Of a stretch of 64,000 nt of DNA, positions 49,402 to 62,397 are shown in pieces. The DNA is from Ramazzottius varieornatus (lineage: Eukaryota; Animalia; Tardigrada), in the NCBI GenBank assembly GCA_001949185.1, contig BDGG01000003.1, positions 5,338,079-5,402,078 of the forward strand, given 5' to 3'. The position numbers and the translations under genes are program-made. The notes beneath the pieces are model-generated. The model was not told where the DNA came from, did no database searches, and saw only the letters and a list, made by a program, of their open reading frames with translations. Each line of letters starts with the position of its first letter. The stretch's first letter is position 1.

Positions 49402-50770
49402 TCAGACCATAGCTTTGGTTCTGTCTTTCTCGTCCGCGGCATTCTTGCTCCATCCGAACAATATCTTGTCCTTTGCACCTTCCAACTGTTCATGCACCTT
49501 GTCGAGCGAAACGTCCCCATCTATAACCTACGGCCATGCAAGCATAAGTTCGATGCGATAGACTGGTCAAGCTTTCGGAATACCAACGTACCATAACCGG
49601 CGCCGGAAGTGGGTACTTCCGTCCCACTATCCAGTCTTCGTAGCACCGATGCAGCTGCCGTAAATATTCCTTTAGCGAAGAGAAAACATTCTGTCATCCA
49701 AGCCGTGGAAATCAACCACAGGGTACTTACTACTGTGATCGACAGCTCTTCTTTCCTTCCGCGTCGAAGTATCCGTTCATGCGCCACTTCCGGTGAGGTC
49801 CGGATGTACACCATCAGGTCCACCGTAACGTTTTGCCGGGTTTGAAGGTACCCATGAAACTGCTGCTCCAGCTTCTGGTACTCTTCTTCGGTCAGCATTC
49901 CACTAGAATAACCAATCAACAAAATGAAGAAGTGCAACTTGGAGGTTTTCGAGTCTTCGACTTACTTGTTTCGGAGGTTCTCGATGAAGACGTAACGAGC
50001 GCTGTAGAAGGACCGCTCGATCAGACTGACGGGCTTGTCTAGGCCTTGGTCGTGTAAGTCTACCATGGTATCGAGAACGTACTGTTGGAAAGCGAAGCTG
50101 TTAGCTTTCGGATCTTTGTACATCAGGTCCTACGGAAGAAAACTGTCAGACTCGAAAATGACATTCACGAAACAGGTAAAATTATTGATGTGAGCTTACC
50201 AACAAATTCTTTCCGTCTTTATTCCTCCACAGCTCAATAGGCTCCTCCAGAATCTAAAAAACGAAGGATCACAGTTCCAACTCACCGCCGAACAAGAGAA
50301 CGATGAAGCGGAGTGAGGCTGATGACACACAGCAAGAGGATTGCGAAGAACTCGGAGCAAGCAACTGACCGTTGTCGACGGGTAATTCGAGAAGAAATTC
50401 AAAAACTCGGCCTTTCCACATCCTATGTTCCCCTCGACGAGAACCTGCAACCGAGAACGCCCCCATTCAGTTTCCTCTTTTTCATAAGAGGTAAGATTGG
50501 CGCTAGCGACTGGATCCGCGCACTGACCGTCGAATGAGTCTGTTTCGGGAATGACTCGCTGAACATCGATAAGACCTTCCCGCTTTCATCCGGGGAAGTC
50601 GCCGATACATCACCGTTGACTTCCGTCACCGCAAAGGTGCTCATTGTGGTGGGAAAACTATTGAGCGTGTAGCTCCGTTGCTTCTTGTAGGGGAAAGAAA
50701 GAGCTTTCCGACGGGCAAAACGTAACGTAGAGACAAATGAGATCAGCAGCGGATTGATCACCCCGGCCAT
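49402..50770 (-). CDS. Deoxynucleoside kinase (dNK/TK2 family), multi-exon
   Basis: Motifs VEGNIGCGK, EEPIELWRN, LMYKDP, FAFQQYV, ERSFYSARYVF, DLMVYIRTSPEVAHERILRRGRKEE and EYLRQLH. Confidence 0.92.
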
Positions 50771-51299
50771 CGATGTATCCTTACGCCAACCACCTTTGAC
50801 GCTCTCCTGGCCGCCTCGACAAACCTGGGAAGAGAAGCAGAAGGACAACAAGCCGAGAGCGTCCACATTCCGGAAGCAGACAAACAGTGGGTAAAACTTA
50901 GTCAACCGGAAGTGCTTTCACTTGCGAGATTGCGATTCTTCTTCACGGTACTATACCGAATTGCCTGCCTAAACTATAGGCAGGCAATTCGGTGTTCGAC
51001 CTGACGAACCGATCAAGCCAATGCTTCGCTTGATTGATACCTTCTGTTCTTTTCTCCGCGATATGGGCCATGTGGCCAACCAGTATTGGCAGGCCAAAGT
51101 GGGTGTCGTGATAGAACGCGTTAATTACAGTAAATGACGGTACGGTCACTCTGGTACGGTATTAATGATTGGAGCTTGTCTGTCGGACTTGTGATCATTC
51201 CTTCTGCCCTTCGAGTTGAAGTGATCTGCTGCTGGTGCTTACCACGTCGTATCTTGGTTTCTGACAGGTTCATGCTGTATACCTTCTTTCACGAGAAAC
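50771..51299. promoter_or_regulatory. Putative bidirectional promoter/5'UTR region between dNK and eIF5B
   Basis: Head-to-head genes about 0.5 kb apart. An ETS-like CCGGAAGT occurs at about 50906. Positional inference. Confidence 0.45.
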
Positions 51300-54200
51300 A
51301 TGTCGGACGCCGGAGACGCACAGTCGGATCAAGAAGTCAGCGCCGTCGGGAAGAAGCAAACGCGTGGCAAGGAAGGCAAGAAGGCTAAAAACAAGAAAGC
51401 CGACCTGGACGATTTCGACATGGAAGCGGAACTGGCAGCTGCCGAAGCTCCTGACCCCAAGATGGAAAAGCCTAAACCAGCTGCCAAGGGAAAGAAGGGA
51501 GGTAAAGTGAAGGAAGAAGTGGATGAACCATCTGAAGACGATGGACCAGGCGAGCCTGTCAAGTCTAAGAAAGCTGGCAAGAAAACAGCTGTCACGCATG
51601 AAGTTGACATGGGAGCGGTCCTGACTGAACCAGCAAAACTTCCGTCGAAGCCAGCAGCTAAAGGTAAAAAGAATGTGAAAGCGAATGAAGAAGAATCGGC
51701 GGAGGAAGACGAACGCGTCAGATCGACGACAGCTGCGAAAGGAAAGAAAGGTAGAAAACACTTGTGAAAAATATTCAACCTTGATTTTGATAATCGATAT
51801 TATTGGTTTCATTTCAAGGTAAGAAGAACTTAGTGGAGAATGTGGATATGGAAAGTGAACCGACCGCGCTTGAGGCTGAAGTAGAGAAGCCTCCGTCGAA
51901 ACCTACGGCGAAAGGGAAGAAGAACGCCAAGCTCGAGGTGGACGACGAAGAAGCAGATGAGCCAGCGGCTGTGATACCAGCTGTGAAATCTGCAAAGGGG
52001 AAGAAAGGCAGAAAAGGCGCTTTCGAGCAAGTTGACGTGGAAGCTGAATTAGCAGCGTTGGACGCGGAAAGTAAGGTAAATGAGACGGAGAAAGCTCAAG
52101 CGAAGCCCGCACCTGGTAAAGCGAAGAAGGCTGGGAAGAATGTTTCGGAGGAGGAGGAACCGGAGAAGGAAGAAGTCAGGAAAGAGGAAACAGCAAAAAC
52201 TACGAAAGGAAAGAAAGGTGAGAAACTTCCCAATGCAGGTTTCAGTTTAGAATTTGGGAGCTCGGAAAGAAACTGGACAAAACCAGTTTTCAGAGTGACG
52301 CACGTCTACAGCCAACGGCACTGAAAATGTGCGTCACTGGGGAGAACACTGAAACTCGACAAGACTGCCTTTCCAAGTGGCGCATGCTCACATACCGCAG
52401 CACCGGACGTGCGCGCCACTTGGGAAACGATCTGGTTCGGTTTATCTGCTCGGCTCCCGTATCTGGGATTGTTCTTCCGAAATGGATTTTTGTTGGTTGT
52501 TTTTTTTCAGGCAAGAAGAATGCCACGGAGGATATCGATATGGAGGCTGAACCAGCCGCGCTTGATGCCGAAGCAAAGGCCGAGAAGCCGGCTGGTAAAG
52601 GAAAGAAAGGAATGCAGGCTGAGCAAGAAGAAGCTGAAGCACCAAAAGAGGAAGAAACAACGGGAAAGGCGAAGAAGTCAACGAAGAAGGGAGCTTCGAC
52701 AGCTTCAGGTCCTTCAGTTGAGCCTGCTGTTGACAAGTCCGAGGCAGCTGATGCGAAGAAAGGTGAGACCGGTGCGGCGAAGAAGCCTGGCGCGAAGGTG
52801 ACGCAGAAAGATCTAATGAAAGAACATCTGAGGAAAATCCAAGAGGAAAAAGAACGATTGATGAAGGAAGAGGAAGAAAGGATCCGACAAGAAGAGGAAG
52901 CTGAACAGCAAAGGTTGGACGAAATTCAGAAAGAGAAGGAGAGAAAGGAAAAGAAAAAGGCTAAGGAGAAAGAACGCAAGGAAAAGCTGAAAGCCGAAGG
53001 TTGGTAAAACTTAATTTCTAAAAGCGCGATCGAAATTGTTTCGCTTTCGATTTTTTGTTGTAAGAGGCTAACTCGGCCAAGTCGTTTTTCAAGTGGAACA
53101 CGATTCCAGCTAACAACATAGGGAACATGCGCCAGTTGGGAAAACAATCAGGCTGTGCAAAATCGTGTCTCCGAGTGGCGCAAGCTTCAGCTTACAATGT
53201 TGTGAATCTGCGCCACTTGGTAATACAGTTACAGCACGTCGAATCTGTTTGCAGCGCTCCCTTCTTATTTATGCAGGCAGGCTGCTGACACCAAAGCAGA
53301 AGGCTGATCAAGCCCGTGCCCAAGCTATGCTGGAGGCCTTGAAAGCCCAAGGTGTCACGGTTGGAGGAGCGAAAGGTCCAGCTGGTCCGCGAAAACCCCC
53401 CGGAAAGAAGACTCAGCGACAAGCGTCGGACGAAACTACCTCCACTGAAGCCACTTCACAGCCCGACCTTCCGGCCAACGATGAAAAAGACAAGGAAGAA
53501 GATGGGGAGGAAGAGGCCGAGTCGGACGAAGCTGTGGACAATTGGGAGGAGGTTCTGAAGAGTGACAACGAGGACTGGCAGAATGAAGAACCGATCACTG
53601 CGGTGGAATTGAAGAAAGGTAGCGTGGCGAAGGTGAAGGAAGCGAAGACCGTGGAAGATGGTGTGGCAGGTGGCGAGGTGGAACTGACGGTGGCCAAGGA
53701 GGGACGAGTGCAGAAACTCGGGCAGCTTCGATCGGCTGTCGTTTGCGTCATGGGACACGTCGATACGGGAAAGACCAAGATCTTGGACAAGATTCGACGA
53801 ACTAACGTCCAGGTTAGACACTCGTCTCTTGATAACCCACCAAAGTCTTCACGGTGGGAAAGACAGAAACACTTCGGGGGCTTTTCAGATAGCTGGATAC
53901 ACATAATCGTTAAGTTAGCTCGTAAGTATGTATGCAGGTGGGTGAAGCATCTGTAAAGCGAGTCGTTTTACGAACCTGCATACATGATGCTATTAGTCTA
54001 TCGTGCAGTCTTGTGTGTAGGCGGGTGAGGGATGCTTGGATTTGTCCGCTGGCTTGTCGATCGCTGTGAGTCTTTGGGCTCAGTCTTCTTTTTTGTGTTC
54101 AGGATATGGAAGCTGGTGGTATCACGCAGCAAATTGGTGCCACAATGGTGCCCGCTGACGCCATCCAGACGCATAGCTCGATGGTGCGTGGTTTTGCTCA

Positions 54201-56986
54201 AGCAGACTTGCGTCTGCCAGGTCTGCTCATCATCGACACACCCGGCCACGAGTCTTTCAGCAACCTTCGTTCACGAGGCTCCTCTCTGTGCGACATCGCC
54301 ATCTTGGTCGTCGATATCATGCACGGCCTCGAGCCGCAGACCATCGAGTCCCTCAACATGCTGCGGTCGCGAAAGACTCCCTTCATCGTAGCTCTGAACA
54401 AAGTCGACCGTCTCTTCAGCTGGAAGTCCTTCCCGCAGAAAGATATTCGCGATGCGGTGGAAGCGCAGGCCAAGAATGTCCAGAATGAATTCCGTGAGAG
54501 GTAAAAATGAAAATAGGGGTAAATAACCGGACAATCTCGCACCTACGTACAGCTTACCGAAAAGCCGCCTTAGTCCTTTGCGCGGTGGCTGATGAGCGAA
54601 TCAGCGGCACGTACCTGTGTGTCTTGCCTCATCCACCTACATACCAGAACGCCCATTTATCGTACATTCGTTTGTATGCAGGTGGTGAAGGGTTGTATCG
54701 AGGTTGCTGTCGTGCTCCATCAAGGAGTTCGCTCAGCATTTTCTAATAGCTTTCTGTTTTTATTTTCTTCAGAGTGAGGTCGACTATCGTCCACTTTGCT
54801 GAACAAGGCATGAACGCCGCGCTCTTTTACGAGAACAGCGACCCGAAGACATTCATTTCCATGGTCCCGACATCCGCTCACTCAGGTGACGGCATGGGTA
54901 ACCTGATGGCGTTGATCGTGGACCTGTGTCAGACCATGTTAGCCAAGAGACTAACGTTCTCGAATGACTTGGCCTGTACCGTTTTGGAAGTGAAAGAACT
55001 GACAGGGTTGGGCACGACCGTCGATGTCATTCTGACCAACGGGACGCTGACGGAAGGCGACACAATTGTACTAGCTGGGTTCGAGGGTCCGATCGTCACA
55101 CAGGTCCGCGGGCTACTGATGCCTCAACCATTGAAGGAACTTCGCGTCAAGGTTCGTTATTCCGAAAGTACTTTGTGAATCGATTCTGGCAATGGTTTCG
55201 TTTCGACAGAATGCCTATGAGAAGCACAAGACCATCCATGGAGCGCAAGGTGTGAAAATCTTGGCGAAGGACTTGGAGAACTGCCTGGCCGGACTTCCGC
55301 TTTATGTCGCGAAAACGCCGGACGAGGTTGAAAAATACAAGGTAATCATTTGAATTCGCGAAATTTCCTTACCGAGGACGGGAAGCCAGCGACCAAAGCT
55401 ACGACATGGTCATCTTAAGTGGCGCATGCTACCAGCCAAGACCAGTGCAAACTTGCGCCACTTGGGACGACAAGCTCGTACGTTTCGTTTGCCGGTATAT
55501 ATCCGATGTGAAGTTAACACTATGTCTTATTCCGTAGAGCGAAATCCAAGACCAGCTGGACTCTGCCCTGAAGTCCATGAGTCCTCGAGCCGATAAGGGC
55601 GTCTATGTACAGGCTTCGACCTTGGGTTCACTGGAAGCCCTTCTTGAATTCCTCAAGACTTCGAAGATTCCCGTGAGTGATTTTGCGTCTTAGGTTCTTC
55701 TTTCCCTGATTTGAATATTTGGCTTTTAGGACATTGGCACAAGTTTATACCCATATCCTTAGTCCGAGTGGCGCACGTCCTCATTACTATTGACTGAGAG
55801 CGTGTGCCACTTGGGAAAATGATTGTGGTGAATTCATTTCTCGACGTACCACTCGAGGTTGATAGACGGCTGAAACTCTTTATTGATGGTTTCTGTCTTT
55901 TTCACAGTATTTCGGTATCAATATCGGGCCTGTCCACAAGAAAGACGTCCGAAACGCATCCGCCATGCTCGAACACAACCCTCAGTACGCCGTCATTCTC
56001 GCTTTCGACGTCAAGATTGAAAGAGAAGCTCAGCTCCTAGCTGACGAACTCGGCATTCGAATCTTCGCAGCCAATATCATCTACCACCTCTACGATAGCT
56101 TCACCAAATATTTGGATGACCTGAAAGAAAAGAAACGCGAAGAAAACAAACACGTACGATTAAATGGGAGCTCGGCAAATAAACTCAGCAAGATTGTTTT
56201 CTCGAGTGGCGCACCTATCAGTGTTACCGGCCGATAGCGTGCGCCATCTTTCTGATTGGGTAGTTTTCCAAAGCGGCTCAAGTTCTTGCTGTTGCTTGCT
56301 GGAAGCGTGCGCTACTTGGGAAAATGATCTGGTCGAGTACGATTGTTTTCCCAAGTGGAGCAGTTTTGCAGTGATAATTGCTGGAAGCTTGCGCGACATA
56401 GAGGACCAATCTTTTCCAGTTTGATTATTTTTCCGAAGTGACGCACGGCTTCGGTGCCGTTTGCCGGAAATATGCGCCACTTGAGAGAGGGTTTTGACCG
56501 AGTTTGTCCGCCGAGCTTCCATCACAATAAACACTCGAGTTCTTCAGTTGATTGAAACTGTTGTTGTTTTTCTTTCAGTTGGCCATTTTCCCTTGCAAGC
56601 TAAAGATCCTTCCGCAGTTCATCTTTGGCACTCGCGACCCGATCATTGTCGGTGTCGTAGTTGACGCCGGTCTGCTGAAGATCGGCACACCGATTACCGT
56701 TCAGAAAGATAAAGAGTTCATTGATATCGGGACGGTGGTCAGTATCGAGCTGAACCATAAACCGCTGGAAGTGGCCAAGAAGGGACAAGAGGTTTGTGTC
56801 AAGATTGAAGCGGACCCAGGTTCGGCACCCAAAATGCTGGGAAGACATTTTGAAATCGAAGATGTGTTATTGAGTAAGATTTCGCGACCTTCCATTGATG
56901 TGTGTAAGGATTATTTCCGTGACGACTTAACGAAAGCTGACTGGCAGTTGATGGTCGAGCTCAAGAAAATGCTGAATATTTTTTAG
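51300..56986 (+). CDS. EIF5B: Translation initiation factor eIF5B, about 10 exons
   Basis: K/E-rich N-terminus. Motifs [74 protein letters not shown] and ISRPSID. Approximate exons 51300-51750, 51819-52217, 52511-53000, 53277-53811, 54104-54500, 54773-55151, 55210-55341, 55538-55672, 55908-56153, 56579-56986. Confidence 0.96.
53885..54690. repeat. Modular palindrome family B in two eIF5B introns: CCTRCATACA-N27-TGTATGCAGG
   Basis: Left arms at about 53892, 53975, 54542 (degenerate) and 54636. Each has 27 nt between the arms. Confidence 0.65.
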
Positions 56987-57462
56987 ACAGAAGCTTCCTT
57001 CCTGATGTTTCCTCTTTTCGTGTTCGGCCTGGTGGCTTTTGTTCTGTGTTGCATGAAACTGCTTGAAACCGATTTCCCATACCCGGCAGGAAAAAGCTCT
57101 CCGATCCAGCACGGCCAGGTCGTTTTAAAAAGCGTTTCAAACAGCGAAAATTCAGCGGTCCTTTCCAAACATACACAGTAAGTTCGCATCGTGCAGCGCG
57201 TCGTTTACGTAAACTGCGACTTTTTAATTTCTCAACAAAATCGTGTTTCTAGTGCGTGGTATGCTGATCGATAAATTGATGGCCGGTCAACGAAAACTCG
57301 AAACTGAGAACATTCTATAACAAACGTTTGCAAAGTTAGTCCCACCATCCAGTTCGCAACAAGAGGCAAGGGGTGAAGAGGAACTCAGACCACCATACAC
57401 ACCGCAGCAATGCGCTCTTGGGTTCCGGCACGCCCTGAAAGAAGGACGGTTCAAAGCCTCTA

Positions 57463-57892
57463 TCAATACTCGACAGCGTCTTTGTTCAGGGAGTGTCCCG
57501 GTATTAAGCTGACAGTTGGTGTCAGTCCTCTTACCTCTCGTAATGATTTGCGAATTCGCTTTGGTCTGCGGGGTCGCGGTCTGCGCTTTTGCTTTACAGG
57601 AATCGTCGATACTGGCGGTGGACGTCCCGTTTCCAGCGCTGTGTAATCCTGGATGGCTTTGGATGAGACCGAGGAAACAGTCGAAGGCTCCGTTTGCTGC
57701 ATTGTGCTCAAGCTTCCGGTGTGGTTAGTGCTCACCATGGCTGCTGACACCCAAGCGAATGTAACCAACGCCAACGCCGTTGCAGAAACATCTCGTAATA
57801 CACCTGCTGAAACGATCGAAGTCTGGCTTGAAAAACTGCATAAGGGAGTGATCAACTGACCAGTTTGAAATCGACTCAACAATCTTACCCAT
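57463..57892 (-). CDS. Putative small secreted protein with a very basic C-terminal segment
   Basis: ATG-G|gtaag at 57892 and an 85-nt intron give MGVLRDVSATALALVTFAWVSAA, followed by an S/T-rich linker and KQKRRPRPRRPKRIRKSLR. Confidence 0.45.
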
Positions 57893-58853
57893 ACGTCACT
57901 CGGCCTGGATGATATATATTTCTTCTCTTTGAATAAAACTCTACAGTATCAATTGGGCAGATACAAATGATGGAACAGTGGGAAACTACACGATAGAAAA
58001 ACAGTCAGCAATCAACAGACTGGCCCACGGGGAGGACAAGCGCGGAAATGTGAGTACAGGGTCTACGGACATGCAGAACCGGCAGCCAAAAGTAGGGTCT
58101 GTGTAAAGCCAAGTGTTTAGTTTGAGGGAGACTGCCCGGGTCATCTGCGGTACCCTCGTCGGGATGGGTGAAGAACCGAACAAGCCATTGGCTTTGACCA
58201 TCGTACCACTGAACTTGTAAACGTACACTGCGACGAAGCTGTGCCAAAAACGACATTCTGCGCTCACGACCCTTACTGTGACACGTATTGCATGATCGTT
58301 TTGCAAGTGACGTCGATTTCTTGGCGCGACGGAAAGCAAGCATCGGATGACAATAGCCATCGGTCGGCAGTCCGTGCATACATAGCGAACTTCAAAGTTA
58401 AAGGCTTCGAATTTCGTTTGTTTTACTGTGGTTGGATGTGTAACGTTTTAGGGAATTACAATAGCTGCGACGACGACTATCTAGTTCTCCATGTTTTTCT
58501 GTACATCCTGGGGACAAATTGTCTGCAGAACCGATGGGCAAAGAACAGACGCAGCTTTGATCAAATACATCAAAGAAAGATAATAGGTACTGTTCAAGTC
58601 AAAAAGTACAACTTGACAAAAGCAAGATCATTCTCGGAGGGTATCCGGCTTTCTTCGGCGGTATGGTTCGACAGTTACGATTAGCAAAGATTCAACATGA
58701 TCTGGGGATCGGACAACTGGATCTGGAACGAACGAGAGGTTTGCTAGATAATATTTAAGTAATATGATCTATTCTTTGAGATCACTCCGATACGGAAATC
58801 GGAGAAAAAACCTGTCGACTTACGTTTGCCGAGTATGACTTCTGCTTGGGCTA

Positions 58854-59669
58854 CTAGGCGTTTTTCGCTCTCTTGGTTTGGCGAACTTGTCGTCGAAGCG
58901 GGGAGTTTGGTGGTTGCTGCTGCTGGCGCGAGAACTCCATCGTTTCATCAGCGACCCTCGCGTTATCAAGATTCTGCTGATCGCCAGCAGCGGACATCCA
59001 GTCCCATGCTTGGCAAGGGTTCAACACGATTTGGGGCTGGGGTAACCGAAACTAAAACGGGAACGACAGTGACAAATTATTGGTTGGAGGATACGGGGGA
59101 CCTCGGCAAACAACCTCGACAAGGTCGTTGGTGTCCAGCTGCGCACACTTTCAATGTGAGTGGCTGGTGGCGTGCGCCACTTGAAAAACGAGCTTGTGCA
59201 TTCTGTATTTGGCTAGGTTCCACATCCCGTCGTCTTGCGAAATGCTTGCACCTATTCCAAAGACCAAAATTTCAGTGGTGACAGTATGACAAACTCGACG
59301 TACTTGAGCAGACAGCGTGGGCCATGATTTCCGCCCCTTTGCGTACGGTTTCATCTTCCGCTTTTGTCGTAGTAGAGCTAGCAGCAGTTCCGGCTGACGA
59401 GTGGCGCTAGCCACGAGGCTTGGAGCTGACTTGATGGAAGGGTCTCCGCCGACACTGGTGCTTGCTGATTCCATCAACAGTTCCGGAAGACCGGTCGGTG
59501 CCAAGGTGGACACACTGCTGGTCGTCATGAGCGATCTACCTCTGGGATGGTTGTCCAGCGTGGACTCGAACGATGCGGGAATGGAACTTCCGGTGAGCGC
59601 TGCAGCATTCACCGTGGTCACAGATAGCAAAGCAAGGGCTGTGAAGACCGACATCGTTGAGGAGGCCAT
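58854..59669 (-). CDS. Putative secreted S/T-rich protein, 2 exons
   Basis: Signal-like MASSTMSVFTALALLSVTTVNAA. Intron about 59302-59054 contains a family A palindrome. The second exon stays open for about 66 codons. Confidence 0.5.
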
Positions 59670-60709
59670 TTGCAACGACGAACATCTAGTGTACCAAACC
59701 AAAGGTCGCTCGAAGGTGGTCGTCCGCAGTTTGGTGACTATCTGCGCATACTCAGTGGAGTAAACAAAAGCAAGGCGGCAGTATGCAGACCAGGAAGAGT
59801 ACGAGATGAAGCAGAGACTTGGGAGAATCTGACTTGTCGTTTGAGGTACCATATTCGGAAAGGCCGAAAAGGACCGTGCGATAGGTGGCGCCTTCTTGCA
59901 CGCGATCATACAACACGGCCTCAAAATCGTGTGTTGAGACTTATCGGTGACTTCAGGTACTAGGCTGATTGCGATTTCTTGATTGCTTCAAACGCACAGG
60001 AAATAGATCGCACAGAAACAGCAAAAGAAAATTCCGAATATCAATTTCCGCGTAAGGGAAGACACAAGTATTACGCGAGATTCGGCAAACCGAATGGATC
60101 AAAGCCGCATTCGTTGCTTCACTTTGATAGGGGGGTCCATTGATCGTATCTTACGTAATACTTGAGTCTTCCCTAAGTCGAAAAAACAGCTTGCGAACCG
60201 GGATTTAGGACCTAGAAGCCGCCAAGGGAGGACCGACGGTGATGAGTTACGGTCGGTGCGAGCAATCAGCTGATTCAGCGTAAAACAGAATTGATGTGCG
60301 AGGCGAAGACCCCAAGCGAGAGCGATTTTGGGGTCCCATCAAAATTCCGGAAATTTGATGGGGACGGAAAACGCACAGAAATTCGAAATCGCATCGAAAT
60401 AGAAAGAAGTCGCGTCCGATTGGCTCGTAGGCGGGTTGATTCGATTTTCTATTTCCATTTCTCTGCGACTTGGTTTTCTGTGCGAAGCCCCCTGAGAAAT
60501 CGCAATCAGCCTGCTGGCTTGAGCCAAAACTGCGTGGTCTGGTGGATTTACGAAAAACGGAGTCAGATCTACAGGTGGGAAAGAGAACAGAAAAGAATGG
60601 GTATTCGTATTTCGACATAGAAATGAACGATCAGGGTACGTGTACTCATGGCGGGGTGGTCGATTGGATTTTACCATTATGAATACACGAGCCTGAACTT
60701 ATAATTGGC

Positions 60710-60759
60710 NNNNNNNNNNNNNNNNNNNNNNNNNNNNNNNNNNNNNNNNNNNNNNNNNN
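60710..60759. other. Assembly gap (50 N) flanked by inverted repeats
   Basis: N run. Left flank TACACGAGCCTG...ATAATTGGC is roughly complementary to right flank CGGCCAATAATTAGGCCAGGCGCGTGTA. Confidence 0.95.
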
Positions 60760-62397
60760 CGGCCAATAATTAGGCCAGGCGCGTGTACTATAGAGTTTGA
60801 AAACCCAGAACCGAGAAGAAGGCTATGCCGATAAACTGGACAACTTCGATCTTAACAAATCTCCCATCAATGGTATCTGCGTTGACCAAGTCATTCCGAT
60901 AGGTACAGTATGATTCAGCCAAGTTGACCCTGTTTCGTGAACAGTTCTCACTACTCGAAAACATCTCAAACAAGGTCAGCGTCGTTTTTAAACGATAGTA
61001 CATTCAATTTGGTACCGAACAAGCCTATTTTTAATCCTGAAAAGCGCTTTTGAAATTTTTGCTTAGGCCAGAAAGAAGTCTTGGTAGGCTAAAAAGGTGG
61101 TCGGACGCTAAATGGGCGCCCGGCTTCCTTGTGGCAGAAAATTAATTGGTAATTTCTCTTCCACGTCTATATAATGACAGGCTATCAAAATATTGATAAA
61201 ACATTGGCTTGCCAAGCGATGTATCTACCCGAGCTGTGGAAAAATCGTGGGAGGGACGTGTCATCGAGAAAGTTGCGCTGGCCTGGAAACTTCTGGGAAG
61301 ACTTTTCGGGCGACGTTTTCTCAAGACAAAACAAGGTTCATCGAGTGATCTTGATGTCGAAAAATAGCCAAAACTTTACACCATTGGTTTCGTGCAAGTG
61401 TTGCTCGAAAATTGGTGAACTGAAAAATATGGTCCATTTCAAATCTTGATTACCGCAGAGCGCGACGACTGCTTTTATGCGTTTTTACCCCTTCACTTGA
61501 CAAATTCCTCCGCAATTTGGAGGCATCAGAACTGCTCAACTCTAAGGGATCAGATACTGCAAACATGGGTCTATCCTTGACGAAAAAAAGTACGCTTCTT
61601 CGTCCACAAGAAGGCTCGCGCTGGCGCTTTTTCGAAAGGGGAAGAAATACCGGGAAAACCGAAAATCAGCAGTTTTGGGCCAGTTCTTCCCGCGACGTTG
61701 ATTCAATGTTTTTTCTTTTGACTTACCAAAATGAAACAACCTCTTGTATACATTTATTGATAGTACAGAAGTTGGTAGAACTTCAGTTTCAGTTTGCACG
61801 CCCCGGTTTATAACGAGTATTTTGGATCTTCTTGCGGATTTACTTTGGAATTTTTTTCCAAAGTCAGATTTCACTCGATTAGCTTTCGAGATTGATTAAA
61901 ACAGAAGCAATAGTTTGCCAAATTGTTTGGAAAAACAAATCAGCTGAATCAATGGAACCGAAATCTTCCAGGGAAAGAAAACGGTCATGGGGTCAACTTG
62001 GCTGAATCAGACTGTATATCCGGCTAAAGCTATCGCAAAGGAAAGCACGCACACCCGCACTGACGAGCAGGCGGAAAGATTTCGAATTGCGACGACACTG
62101 TATAGTTGATACGACGTGGAGCGACAGTGGTTCAATATCTTTCGCGTTGACCCTGAAGATCAATCGAAACTTCAAGAATTACAAGGCATTTGAAGGTCAC
62201 AAATCTGCATATCCATGTTCGACTCTGACGAGAATGTCGCGACCTTTGATGAGCCACAATCGGATGGCTGCAACAACGAACCAGCGGGAACGTTGCAGTC
62301 TTCTTTCGAATCAGGGAACCTGACCAGCAAATTCGGCGCTAGAAAGAGTAGAACAGTTTGCTGATTATTCAGTCAGTGGCCAGCAGTAAAATGCTAA

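Noticed and set aside
51270-53904. Long minus-strand ORFs rich in F/S/L
   Set aside because: They are antisense shadows of the K/E-rich eIF5B exons.
56165-56521. CRISPR array
   Set aside because: The context is a eukaryotic intron with no cas genes. The repeats are degenerate and the spacers share a common ancestral consensus rather than being independent captures.
43760-56521. Family A as Introner-type intron-generating elements
   Set aside because: The elements sit in the middle of introns, tens of bases from the splice sites, and do not supply the GT/AG ends.
60247-62330. Short ORFs around the assembly gap
   Set aside because: No domain motifs or splice pattern. Probably repeat-derived or intergenic sequence.
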